Origin: an uncultured Candidatus Poseidoniales archaeon | GTDB taxonomy: Archaea > Thermoplasmatota > Poseidoniia > Poseidoniales > Thalassarchaeaceae | Reading direction: 5' to 3' | DNA length: 50,290 nt | NCBI GenBank assembly: GCA_964016345.1 | Contig: CAXHFM010000001.1 | Location: forward strand, 1-50,290 | Part shown: positions 38,401 to 46,962 of the stretch, piece after piece | Layout of the letters: each line of letters opens with the position of its first letter | Position numbering within the stretch: position 1 is the first letter of the stretch | Notes under the pieces: model-generated | What the model saw: the letters and a program-made list of their open reading frames with translations, nothing else | Told to the model about the DNA's origin: nothing | The model's database searches: none | Translations under genes and position numbers: made by a program

Positions 38401-40332
38401 AAGGAATCCAACCACCTCGGCCTGTCTGAAAGCATAGATGCTCTGCTTGACGTCGCCAACGTAGCACACGGTGGGTTGCCATGGCGTATCAGGGGTTGGG
38501 ATCTCCCCCTCCAGGACATTTCTCTCTCCCCAGAGTCTGGAAAGAAGCCTCCATTGGAGAGGAGAGTTATCCTGTGCCTCGTCAATGATGAATGCCCTGA
38601 ATCTCCTTCGAATGGTCCTGAGAAGATCGTATCTCCTTTCCAGATCTGATCTGATGGCTGTCAATTCGGATATTGATTCTCCTGCTAACTTTGGATTATT
38701 CTCTAATATGGATATCTGCTTTAAAGCAGCCAGGATATGATCGTCTCTCCAGGGTTCATCGCCTATGGAATCTAGTTCTCTAATTACCTCTTGGGGGTAG
38801 TATTTGCGACACACTTCTGGGCATTTGGAAAGCAGTAGGTCGCTTGCTAAGGCCTGTATATCATCGAAGTCGTGGACCTCTTCTCTTTCCTTCATTCTTT
38901 TCAGAATACCTTTGAATCCCAGATGTGCTAGCCTGAGATCATCCAGATTCCTAGCCTCTGCTTCTATGGTGAAATAGTATCTCTCTGATTTTTCTCCCTG
39001 AGGAAGCCTATCTGGGATGGTGTCTGGAAGTGGGGACAGGGATTTTCCACGAGAGGAGGGTGAGCAAGGAGGGGATGCCGAGTCTAGCAGCATTGCAATC
39101 TGAGCAAAATGGAGAGTCAGGGAACCAGCAGAGTTGGTCCATTCGTTCCTGATTCTGTCCATTTCCAAGTAGAGTGCTTCTTTGGTAGATTCCTTGGTGT
39201 GCTTGTCCTTTATTGCGCTCCAAGACTTAACGCCCCTCGGCCAGTGGCTGTCATCAGGAATATTTTGTCTGGGAAATATGGTTGGAGAACCAGATTGAAC
39301 TGTTGATGCACTTGTGGTACAATCTAGATGGTGCGCAAGCCATACTAATTGTCCCCATGTATCAGAAGGAATCTGTTTATTTAGTGCTAATAGACAGGCT
39401 ATTCTAGATTCTTGGGGAATGCCCCCAGCAACCATTTCGGGAGTTCCAAGGATGATGTCACAGTATCTCTCACAGCTTTCATTTATTTTCGAACACATTG
39501 ACTCGACTAGGTTCCTATCGGTTGTAGATAGGATTCTTTTCCTGAGTAGTAGGGGGTCTACATGGCCGTTCTTGTCAGTGATTCTCCTAAGTCCTTCCTC
39601 GATGAAGACGGATTTCTTAACAAGACCATTGAGTAGCCTAGCTGCGGTTTTCCTACCAGAGTATCTCCTGGCTATTCTCTCTCTGGCTTTGAGGACATCT
39701 AACGCTATCTCTGCTGGAATACCTGCATCGACTGCATCTCCAAGACCAGAGATTGAGCTTGGAAGCCTCCAGAGTGTATCGAGCGCGTCTTCGATAAGCA
39801 GTATTCTGCTCGCATCAGAAATATTCTCTCTGCTGAGAGCATCTCCTAGGAATCCTCTGTAAGGAGAGACTAATTGATTGAAGAAGGAGTCTATGGTTCC
39901 TATTGGGGCGTCCTCTAGAAGGGTTAGAAGCTGCTCTGGAAGGCCGGGATGGGTTACTCTTGGATCGGTTCTATTCTGTTCGGAGACCGAGGAGGAGCCC
40001 ATGCTCAATTTCAATATCTCATCCCTCAATCTATGTCTCATCTCATCTGCCGCCTTGTTGGTGAACGTTAGCAGAACGACTTCACCTGGTAGAAGCCCGG
40101 GGTGGTTCTTGGGAGCCACCGTCTCCGAGGAGGGAGAAATTAGGATCCCTCCTCTAAGTGGGGGAGGTCTTTCTGGTACTGGGAGTATCCTAGTGGCCCT
40201 TTGATCGCCACAGAGATAGTGCTCAATCACTCTGTCAATGATGGTCTTGGTCTTTCCTGTCCCGGCTCCAGCATCGATTACAATATGAGAATCCAAGTTT
40301 AGCGCAAGTCGCTGAGCGGTATTGGGAATCAT
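35470..40332 (-). CDS. addA: AddA/RecB-like UvrD-family (SF1A) helicase fused to a C-terminal PD-(D/E)XK nuclease, 1620 aa
   Basis: Helicase motifs: I DAGAGTGKTKT, Ia FTNKAADEMRHRL, II FIIDEAQDNSP, III VGDVKQSIYAFRQAE, IV NYRTKGG, V TIHGSKGLESKVV, VI LLYVAATRAEDKLII. Nuclease: VIDLVLC...IRPIDLKTEE and QLTLYY. Cys context: NECPRRYW plus terminal CNCSTC. Confidence 0.9.
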   Translation of the reverse strand: MIPNTAQRLALNLDSHIVIDAGAGTGKTKTIIDRVIEHYLCGDQRATRILPVPERPPPLRGGILISPSSETVAPKNHPGLLPGEVVLLTFTNKAADEMRHRLRDEILKLSMGSSSVSEQNRTDPRVTHPGLPEQLLTLLEDAPIGTIDSFFNQLVSPYRGFLGDALSRENISDASRILLIEDALDTLWRLPSSISGLGDAVDAGIPAEIALDVLKARERIARRYSGRKTAARLLNGLVKKSVFIEEGLRRITDKNGHVDPLLLRKRILSTTDRNLVESMCSKINESCERYCDIILGTPEMVAGGIPQESRIACLLALNKQIPSDTWGQLVWLAHHLDCTTSASTVQSGSPTIFPRQNIPDDSHWPRGVKSWSAIKDKHTKESTKEALYLEMDRIRNEWTNSAGSLTLHFAQIAMLLDSASPPCSPSSRGKSLSPLPDTIPDRLPQGEKSERYYFTIEAEARNLDDLRLAHLGFKGILKRMKEREEVHDFDDIQALASDLLLSKCPEVCRKYYPQEVIRELDSIGDEPWRDDHILAALKQISILENNPKLAGESISELTAIRSDLERRYDLLRTIRRRFRAFIIDEAQDNSPLQWRLLSRLWGERNVLEGEIPTPDTPWQPTVCYVGDVKQSIYAFRQAEVVGFLEYARTLMAINQHEFSSIPLLRQKPTLRKIDSSRDPRNAHLVGIKQAKTLTHLSGIDTTPWVPFDLPDRGRIPEPEEIDRRRNGLIRLNVNYRTKGGLLEAMNHWWDDVFSDRHKEFPRGDFYATSQPLRPSEENSDSAGSIEWICPILNGGDDDAPEDLTAPIDSFGFGKPNSVERQAMLIALRARNLIKGEPIRVLSSSGKWSELPAEEPIAPSEIMILLPSRSKLRDSIMRELSVVGVPAQADREGSLLQRPTAHALDGLLQLLARPDSPHHAAWVARSSLIGLDDRQLQKFIGDSSRGDDMLARLRDFTVNDRHKEMIKRWEILSRSSRIVEALNETLDRSDLLMAYPDNTSRQDAEQFIQLVSTLAMDLGGDCKVIADSVRRLREVDKNSTEAVNVPEADAVRVMTIHGSKGLESKVVILADVFSGRQTNIRIESSERLIVTPDLFGGHPKPWPSKDPVSPLWKHVKKVHLARRNAEARRLLYVAATRAEDKLIICGSPKHTKWQDGKGITFSWSYGKSAPQLGEMWLESLRQGSWKRGEESSYWLSSEDSQSQSHPKVTNEGIREIDPLLASTSGMLGSNNLHGITVLHHPMCFETTDKTTRTVLTPLQKIERTNQASSESAALLPAPNTTSRNDRGSRVRIAPHNLTVYNECPRRYWLETRGGSPAKRSEYHSGQLEDKTLPSGIDAATLGKVIHRIFEIGLMNPGPQSDITPNLPNSWISKSPDRLTDDSLMKQVFHEILPLEADREECSKIVRTILERIRNGPLGELCSGTSVDGHLVDGLRTEMPFHIARTVDPGGITRGRWSPDGIEPLSYIEHASLEMDGVIDLVLCTTSEEGSFIRPIDLKTEEAVSIYDYDSNGLISSLGNNSIKPASQAEMDILEHHAMQLTLYYLSLKSIEEERKKRGLPYREVLRPAILVGITGRIIEYPEDMFMASLQKLELAMNTVTEMALLSEAPITRYPCNCSTCT

Positions 40333-43300
40333 CAGTAGTCATCCTCCATTTTGACTGCGCATAAACTACTCACCGGGCAGTATCTGCATGCTGATTTGGA
40401 TGGAGTTGGGTGTACTCTACCTTCGACGGCCCCATGAGCAACCCCTAATGCAACTGAAAGTCGCTGGGCCATCCATGCTCTGAAGGGATCACTCTTGGGA
40501 TCGGTGGATTCGTCCGGGAATCTATGCAATCTGCTTGTCAGAGAAGTGGTCGTTCCTACTGAAAGTGATTCTAATTCTGAACGATGGTTGGCTGAAGGCT
40601 CAACGAGATGTTCTGTGGAGTGCCCAATGGTTGTGATACCAGCCCCTACAACCAAGTCTCCTGGGTGGTTGATCTCCCATGCTCTGGAATAAATTGCCAG
40701 TTGAAGTTCGTTGAGTAGGCCTTCCTTGTTCCTATCTGAAGGCTTTTTCTCTGAGGTCTTCAAATCTCTGATAATTACTCTTCTACGAGGTTTCCAGTCA
40801 TTCGTTTCGAAGAGTCTTAGTGGAGCTATCTCATTCGATCCGTCGTCGTCTAGCCATTCACTGCCTTTTTTATCGAATGGAATTATATCCACCCTGTCTA
40901 TCTTTCCATTGATCATTATGGAAGGCAATTCTATCTGATTCGGACTGGTTTCATTTTGATTCAGAGAAATTTCTGAACCTGTCTCTGAACCATTAGAAAT
41001 TTCCCATTCCAACGCAATGGGCATTGAGTCTGAAAGTTGCATTTCTGATCTTATCATAGCTCCTATTCTACCTCCTAGTGGAGCTCTGACTGGGTTGGCT
41101 AGCCAATCTTTCCATTCACTGTGTGACATACCGGTGAGCATTCTGAGTCTGAAGGTGGAAACACCATCGGATCGTTCCAGCCATGGTGCTAGTTTGTCAA
41201 GGATTTCGAGGGCTTTTTGCATAATCTGTTGGTCTTCTAAACCCGAATCGGCTAGATTGGTCGGAAAATGCCCTTCTAGAGCTCCTGATATATCCCTTTC
41301 CACTTGCTCTTGCATGCCTAGGACCTCACAAATAAGATCGTGATGTACCTGGTGAAGGAGGTCCCCATGGATTCTCGGATCAAGATCTTCGCTCTGTGTC
41401 TCTTCGTCTCTAATTCTGAGTCCTCTGGACAGCCATCCTCTTCGAGGGCACTTAGCCCATTCTTGAAGCCTGCTTGGCGACCATAGTTGTATTTCTTGAT
41501 TGGCGCCATCTGAATGGCCATGTCTGCTATCAGATACGGTTGATCCGGACGGTAGTGGAGTAAATGGTCTGGGATCAATGGTTACGGAGTTCTTCCCGTC
41601 GCTGTTGGTGGCTCCAATGACTGGCCATCTTGTAGAATTACGAGGATTGTCTACTCCCTCTGGAGTCTTCCTGGTCAAATCGTCGTAGTCGAACAAAATA
41701 ATTCTGTTTCTAAATTCCGCTGGAAGGTATCCTTCCGAGTCAGCCTTGCTAGGTTGCCTTCTCTCCCTATCCCTCTGAAGCTCTACATCGAGGGGAATGG
41801 TAATCGCACTAGGATTGAGGGGGGGATTGCTTGAATTCTTCATGTTTCTAAGTAGTATTCCATCAAGTTGCCTAATGTCCCTGGGGCCGAGATTCTCTTT
41901 TGAGTTTGGATCGAAGTGGACTGGCGGGGTACAGTAACCAAGGATTTCCTCCAAGGGAGGTGCCAGAGGTGTGGACTTATCCGAGCTGGGGTCTATCAAA
42001 ATCACTTTACTACAGCAATTGAGAATATGATAGAGGTGATGACGGGCCCTAGTAATAGGAACGTCTGGCCTTAGAAGCTCGAACTTGTGTCTCTCCATCT
42101 CCCCTATGAAGGGTATTTTTGGCGATTTGAGATTCCATGAGGGTGCTGATGTATTGGCCAGTATAGCTATGTCTGAGTTGCAACCGAGGGCGTCTTTTGG
42201 CGCCATGACTCTTAGTCTGGAGCTGATGCCTGATATCGGAACCGGAAGAGAAGCGGTCTTGAGTATAGATGATAGCTCTGATATCCATTCTGACCCTCCT
42301 GAAGGAGGAGTCTGTCCGACTGAGCTTTGTAGTGACCTCAAGGACTCGTGTTCAGTTGTAATTGCCCTAATTATGGAAGATATCGGTATTGTGTTTCCAT
42401 CCAGGGAATCCACTGAGATACCAGTGTCAATTTGTCGGACGGTTCTAACGAGCCACTCATCCCCAGTAGATGGGGGGTTGGGAACTTCGAGAAGTTTTCC
42501 GGAGTGGCATCCTGTGAGAAGCCTTTGATTGGATAGAAGTTCTCTATCTGTCTTTTCCAGAAGTGGAAGTATTGACGATGCGAGTGCGATCATCCACCAC
42601 TGAGTTGATTCACGTGCGGGGCCCATTTCGTCTTTCTTGGAGGGCCTGCATAGAGCCTCCATCCATCTTTCTAAAGCACCTGGGCCCCCTAGAATATGCT
42701 CTGACCTTGCAATTTGAGATAAGAGCTCTATGTCAGGACGAGGTGATATATCATTGGTGTTGTCTTCATTGTAGAAAGGAGAAAAGGGGGAGAGTGATTC
42801 CTGTACGGCCAACAGTCTTAGCTTATCCATCGAGAAAGAGTTAGCTCCGTTTCCGATTTTGGCCAACTCATGTAACCAATGGCCTACTGGTGAATGTGTG
42901 ATGGGTTTCTTTAGTCCCGATATGGGCAGTCCCAAATCATGTATTATTCTGTTCCATCTGGTTTGATTTTCCTCAAATGATGGATCGATGATTAAGATTG
43001 TTGAATTGGGTTCCTCGGATAGAAAACCTCTGGCAATTGAAATAGAAGCCTCGAAGGACTGTTCCTCTCTATTAACAAAAACCCTATCTACAGTTGGGGC
43101 ACCTTTGTGGTTGGATATTTCATGTCTGGGAATCCATTCTGGCAAATCGTCTGTATCGGTTACAGGAAAATCATCCACCAGTTGGAACCCGTGAAATCCT
43201 AACCTGTAACTCCCCGGATATGTTAATTGATGAATGGGGCGAATTTTGGAAAGAGCACTGAGTAGTTCCTGATCTGACTTGTTGATGGGAGAGGCATGAT

Positions 43301-43937
43301 CTAGCATGATAATACCATCAATATCCAGTAGTGTGAAAGGAGTTCCAACGAATTCAATACCTTCCAGTATCTTCGAAGTTAGAAAATCCGGGTGCGTTCC
43401 TCCCGTCTTCGATTCAATGTCTCTTAGTATCTCCATGAAAGAGTGCATTCCCGGACCATCCCATGAGTCTGTAGAGGACTCTTTTGAGAGGAAAGTGTGT
43501 AGCTCTGAGAGAGCAGTAGTCTTCCCCTCCCCCCAATGCATATTAGGCAGGGGATTGATTAGGGGGAAGGAAAGATTGGATGCTCTTTCTGAGCATAAAT
43601 TATGCAGTACTAAGTCGAAGGACGGTCCCAAAGAGATTTTTCTCGGAATCCTTAGGTCCGCCATCAGGGAGGACTTGAGTGACTCCAGTGTGTGGTGGAG
43701 GGTCCTGTCGAAAGCGAAGCCTATATCGCTGAGCATGGACATCTGTTGTCTTCTACTGTTCTCATTAGAGTATATTGTTAGGATCTTCGAAGGGCCCCCC
43801 TTGGAAATGGGCCGAGGATCTATTGCCTGATTGACGAAATGATCCAAGAGCCAGTTCGGAATTGTTCCAACAGGTATCTCTTCAATTGTAATTGAGTCCT
43901 CATTCGGGTCCATCGAGTCCCTCCTAGAATCAGCCAT
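40332..43937 (-). CDS. addB: AddB/RexB-like subunit: degenerate helicase-like N-terminal region plus C-terminal PD-(D/E)XK nuclease with a 4-Cys (Fe-S type) signature, 1201 aa
   Basis: C-terminal WAKCPRRGW ... IDRVDII ... VIIRDLKTSEK ... LQLAIYSRAW ... CRYCPVSSLC (C-x2-C-x5-C). No canonical N-terminal Walker A. The stop overlaps the addA-like start by 1 nt (TGATG). Confidence 0.8.
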   Translation of the reverse strand: MADSRRDSMDPNEDSITIEEIPVGTIPNWLLDHFVNQAIDPRPISKGGPSKILTIYSNENSRRQQMSMLSDIGFAFDRTLHHTLESLKSSLMADLRIPRKISLGPSFDLVLHNLCSERASNLSFPLINPLPNMHWGEGKTTALSELHTFLSKESSTDSWDGPGMHSFMEILRDIESKTGGTHPDFLTSKILEGIEFVGTPFTLLDIDGIIMLDHASPINKSDQELLSALSKIRPIHQLTYPGSYRLGFHGFQLVDDFPVTDTDDLPEWIPRHEISNHKGAPTVDRVFVNREEQSFEASISIARGFLSEEPNSTILIIDPSFEENQTRWNRIIHDLGLPISGLKKPITHSPVGHWLHELAKIGNGANSFSMDKLRLLAVQESLSPFSPFYNEDNTNDISPRPDIELLSQIARSEHILGGPGALERWMEALCRPSKKDEMGPARESTQWWMIALASSILPLLEKTDRELLSNQRLLTGCHSGKLLEVPNPPSTGDEWLVRTVRQIDTGISVDSLDGNTIPISSIIRAITTEHESLRSLQSSVGQTPPSGGSEWISELSSILKTASLPVPISGISSRLRVMAPKDALGCNSDIAILANTSAPSWNLKSPKIPFIGEMERHKFELLRPDVPITRARHHLYHILNCCSKVILIDPSSDKSTPLAPPLEEILGYCTPPVHFDPNSKENLGPRDIRQLDGILLRNMKNSSNPPLNPSAITIPLDVELQRDRERRQPSKADSEGYLPAEFRNRIILFDYDDLTRKTPEGVDNPRNSTRWPVIGATNSDGKNSVTIDPRPFTPLPSGSTVSDSRHGHSDGANQEIQLWSPSRLQEWAKCPRRGWLSRGLRIRDEETQSEDLDPRIHGDLLHQVHHDLICEVLGMQEQVERDISGALEGHFPTNLADSGLEDQQIMQKALEILDKLAPWLERSDGVSTFRLRMLTGMSHSEWKDWLANPVRAPLGGRIGAMIRSEMQLSDSMPIALEWEISNGSETGSEISLNQNETSPNQIELPSIMINGKIDRVDIIPFDKKGSEWLDDDGSNEIAPLRLFETNDWKPRRRVIIRDLKTSEKKPSDRNKEGLLNELQLAIYSRAWEINHPGDLVVGAGITTIGHSTEHLVEPSANHRSELESLSVGTTTSLTSRLHRFPDESTDPKSDPFRAWMAQRLSVALGVAHGAVEGRVHPTPSKSACRYCPVSSLCAVKMEDDY

Positions 43938-43978
43938 GGACGGCGGAGGTTATTCAACCCAACTGAGATAAATAGCAT

Positions 43979-44920
43979 CTAGGATAGTCTAGGGCCTCTA
44001 ACGTAAGCCATAGCAATCAATGATGTAAGCAGATAGGCTATGCTAGGAGGGGGAAGGGGCGATCCAGACGGGGAGCTATCAACAAGCCAATCGACCAGTA
44101 TTGCTACTTTCAGGTCGTCTCCATCCCATAACGAAGGGAGGGGGACTTCTAATGCCCCTAATGAGTTCTCACTTGAGCCTAACGAAAGTGCCTCAAGGAG
44201 AACGTGTTCGTAGGTCTCCAATCCGTTCGACCCATTCGGGAAATATGCCTCCTCTTCTATTAAAAGAATCCATGGTTCCAAGGTATACTCTTCTTGTGTG
44301 GCAATAGCCAGCGAGGAAATGTCCCAATCAAAACTAATGAAGTCCTCTATCTGTTGTAGATTCAGTGATATATTTCCATTGAGGAGCCCATTAGGCCCCT
44401 TGGATAGGGAAGCTGTGTAATCGTCCATCAGAGAGTCTGAGTTGGCCCTAGACCCGTAATGCATCCTCTCCCCATCAACAACTTTCGTGGGTGCTAGCCG
44501 AGGCGCCCCGCCGTTGAGTGTCACTGCGTGACCGTAGGTGTTCGTCCATCGCTCTTCAGTACTATTACTCCCAAAGGGGTCGCGTGGCTCAAACCAATGT
44601 CTGTGATAGTGTATTATTTCTACGTTTGAGTCCCCTATAGCCTCGTTCATTATGCCTTGCGTGGTTACGCAGTTGGTGCACCATGTAGCTGTATATATCT
44701 CGACCAAGATTGGCATTTCATCTACGTTGTAGGAGTGGTTTTCTCCAGTGTCATTGTTGGAGGAGAGGTTCCAATGCGTGGTGAAACCAATCGTTCCGCC
44801 GTCTACTTGCACACCGTCGGAGTCGTACCTAGCGTGATCCCAGAACTGTTCTGTAGCGGCACTGACCTGCAATGGAAGGAGAATCACTGTTGTCATCATC
44901 ACTGCTAGGATAACCCTCAT
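43979..44920 (-). CDS. Secreted thioredoxin-fold-like protein (WCxxC) with a C-terminal Pro-rich linker, TM anchor and basic tail
   Basis: Signal peptide MRVILAVMMTTVILLPLQVSAA. EIYTATWCTNCVTTQ. C-terminus SPSGSPLPPPSIAYLLTSLIAMAYVRGPRLS. Confidence 0.7.
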   Translation of the reverse strand: MRVILAVMMTTVILLPLQVSAATEQFWDHARYDSDGVQVDGGTIGFTTHWNLSSNNDTGENHSYNVDEMPILVEIYTATWCTNCVTTQGIMNEAIGDSNVEIIHYHRHWFEPRDPFGSNSTEERWTNTYGHAVTLNGGAPRLAPTKVVDGERMHYGSRANSDSLMDDYTASLSKGPNGLLNGNISLNLQQIEDFISFDWDISSLAIATQEEYTLEPWILLIEEEAYFPNGSNGLETYEHVLLEALSLGSSENSLGALEVPLPSLWDGDDLKVAILVDWLVDSSPSGSPLPPPSIAYLLTSLIAMAYVRGPRLS

Positions 44921-44956
44921 AATGAACGGCGGAAGATTGTATTATTGAAGAGTTAC

Positions 44957-46030
44957 TCATGGTTGTGCTGATTCTAGGGCACTGATTGTCCTCTGTACAT
45001 CATCGTCGGTGATGTGCAGGTGTGTTACTATTCTTATTGTGGAGCTGTCAATTGTAAGGGCTTGGATGCCCATCTTCCCCAATCTATGGATTAGCGATTC
45101 AGCCCCTCCCTTGTCACATCTGACATACACCATGTTGGTCTGTACTTGTTCAAGATCGACTTCGTAGGAATCCATCTTTTCAAGGGCCGTTGCTATCTCC
45201 ATAGCCCTGTCATGATCTGCTGAGAGTCTATGGATATTATTCTCCAGAGAGTATATACCAGCGGCGGCCAGTATTCCTGCCTGCCTCATCCCCCCGCCGA
45301 ACATTTTTCTCCACCTGCGTGCTTTGTAGAGGGTGTCGGTCGACCCCACCAGTACACTTCCCACAGGAGCACCTAGTCCCTTGCTGAGGCATACCGAGAT
45401 ACTATCGTAATCCCTAGCCATTCTCTTAGGACTCAGTGAGCTAGATATCGAAGCGTTGAAAATCCTAGCTCCGTCTATGTGGGACCTGCAATTGTTTTCC
45501 CTGGCAATCTTTGCGATTCCATCCAGTTTTTTCTTAGAGTAGCAGGTCCCACCTCCACGGTTAGAGGTATTCTCGACGCAGACCATGCTACCGTTAGGGT
45601 AGTGCCCGAGACTTCCATCGCTCTTCCTTATTGAGACTTCCACATCAGCTGGATCCATTATGCCTCCCTCTCCTGGAACGAGTGCTACTGAGCAACCTGA
45701 TAGAGCAGCATACCCGCCTCCCTCGTAAACGTAAATATGGCTGTGTCTCTCTGTTATGACCTCATCTCCTGGCTCGGTCTGCGCCCTAATAGCAATCGCA
45801 TTCGACATAGTTCCCGATGGGACAAAGAGTGCCTCTTCCTTCCCGAAAATATCTGCTACCATCTCCTGAAGCTCGATAACAGTGGGGTCGTCACCCAATA
45901 CATCATCACCCACAGATGCCTTAGCCATAGCCTCTCTCATCTCTGGAGTAGGCTGGGTGACGGTGTCGCTTCTTAGGTCCACCAGCTCGCTGGGATAGTG
46001 TCTCATGGGAGTCCCAGAAGGTGGTTGCAT
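44957..46030 (-). CDS. ltaE: Low-specificity L-threonine aldolase (PLP-dependent)
   Basis: [34 protein letters not shown] and the PLP-Lys context [14 protein letters not shown]. Confidence 0.9.
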   Translation of the reverse strand: MQPPSGTPMRHYPSELVDLRSDTVTQPTPEMREAMAKASVGDDVLGDDPTVIELQEMVADIFGKEEALFVPSGTMSNAIAIRAQTEPGDEVITERHSHIYVYEGGGYAALSGCSVALVPGEGGIMDPADVEVSIRKSDGSLGHYPNGSMVCVENTSNRGGGTCYSKKKLDGIAKIARENNCRSHIDGARIFNASISSSLSPKRMARDYDSISVCLSKGLGAPVGSVLVGSTDTLYKARRWRKMFGGGMRQAGILAAAGIYSLENNIHRLSADHDRAMEIATALEKMDSYEVDLEQVQTNMVYVRCDKGGAESLIHRLGKMGIQALTIDSSTIRIVTHLHITDDDVQRTISALESAQP

Positions 46031-46258
46031 ATCAAATGAGTATGAAACTGGTATTCTTCACAACCAGTGCTACGCACTGAGGAAAAAATTTATTTAAACT
46101 AGGGGAAACTAGATATATTTTCAGTTATTAGGTGTTTTGAACTACACCGGCTATTATCAAAACCTTCAAAATTTACCATTTTAAGCATTTTAATTAGGTC
46201 TTAGTTATAACATATGAGTCATCTGGTCAATTACTCACTGAGGTGAGGAGGAAATAAA
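46031..46258. promoter_or_regulatory. Unusually long, AT-rich divergent promoter region
   Basis: 228 nt, in a window where most spacers are under 110 nt. TATA-like TTATAA at 46205..46210, ~50 nt before ATG 46259. Strong SD GAGGTGAGGAGG. TTTAAATA on the minus strand (46091..46098), ~60 nt before the ltaE start. Direct repeats ATTTTAA at 46178..46184 and 46187..46193, and AAACTAG at 46095..46101 and 46105..46111. Confidence 0.5.
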
Positions 46259-46933
46259 ATGGATATAGATATGAACGCAATGAAAGCAGAAATCGGCGGG
46301 GCCTTCGCAGTAGCATGGCTCGTGATCGGAATTGGAATGGAATGGGACCTGACTGCAGCCGTCTTGATGGCTGCGGTTTGGATGGCATTCTCCGGGGCTC
46401 ATGTACTACCCGTGATAACGTGGATGCACATAATGACAGGTGACCTTGGTGATACGGAAGGTAACTGGATGCCTAATGGCATGCGATTACTAGCACAGGT
46501 CCTGGGAGCCGGTTTGGCCATAGCACTGTTGTCAGAAATGGGCGCTCTAGACTCCCCTTGGGAGACTATACAACCTGGATTCGAAGCTCCTGATGCTTGG
46601 GGTGCAATTACAATGATTGCCGCAGGAGCAATCTTCTGGACCGTTCACACAAGAGCTGAGTCGGCTTGGGTAAGTGGGTTTGCCGTGATGGCTCTAGCAG
46701 GGATGATGGGGATGTCCTATGATTGGACAATGGCAGTGGGAGTTGATGCTGCTACTGGAGATGCAATAATGGCTTCAGGATCCTCGACCACAAGTGGAGC
46801 CGGTGAAATGGCATCATCTCTATTTAGTTCGGGTCATGAAATTGCTCAGATTGCTCAGGCTTGGATATTTGATGGCCTTATGTGTGGCATTGGAGCACTA
46901 GTTGCTGTCAAGGTCGATGAAGCAGTCAATTAG
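46259..46933 (+). CDS. Six-TM-type membrane protein, divergent MIP/aquaporin-like candidate lacking canonical NPA motifs
   Basis: 224 aa. KAEIGGAFAVAWLVIGIG resembles the MIP N-terminal helix. FSGAHVLPVITW aligns to the SGAH(L/I)NPAVT half-helix with NPA replaced by LPV. No second NPAR motif is found. Confidence 0.5.
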   Translation: MDIDMNAMKAEIGGAFAVAWLVIGIGMEWDLTAAVLMAAVWMAFSGAHVLPVITWMHIMTGDLGDTEGNWMPNGMRLLAQVLGAGLAIALLSEMGALDSPWETIQPGFEAPDAWGAITMIAAGAIFWTVHTRAESAWVSGFAVMALAGMMGMSYDWTMAVGVDAATGDAIMASGSSTTSGAGEMASSLFSSGHEIAQIAQAWIFDGLMCGIGALVAVKVDEAVN

Positions 46934-46962
46934 ATCTGTAAACCGTTACAGAACATTCGTAA

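Noticed and set aside
35470-43937. Helicase-nuclease pair as an anti-phage defence system (Gabija-, Hachiman- or similar)
   Set aside because: The domain order, the inactive-helicase partner with an Fe-S-type nuclease, and the translational coupling all match AddAB repair complexes. There is no TOPRIM/ATPase, methylase, toxin or other defence-island gene nearby, and the neighbours are housekeeping genes.
40332-43937. GEGKTT (residues 136-140) and KGGPSK (about residues 46-51) in the AddB-like protein as Walker A motifs
   Set aside because: Neither fits GxxxxGK(T/S), and I found no Walker B/DExx partner. I treat them as vestigial or coincidental, so the subunit is called helicase-dead.
46031-46258. 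AT-rich 228-nt spacer as a replication origin
   Set aside because: There is no adjacent orc1/cdc6 gene. There are no long ORB-type inverted repeats, only 7-nt direct repeats. The region is well explained by two divergent TATA-type promoters.
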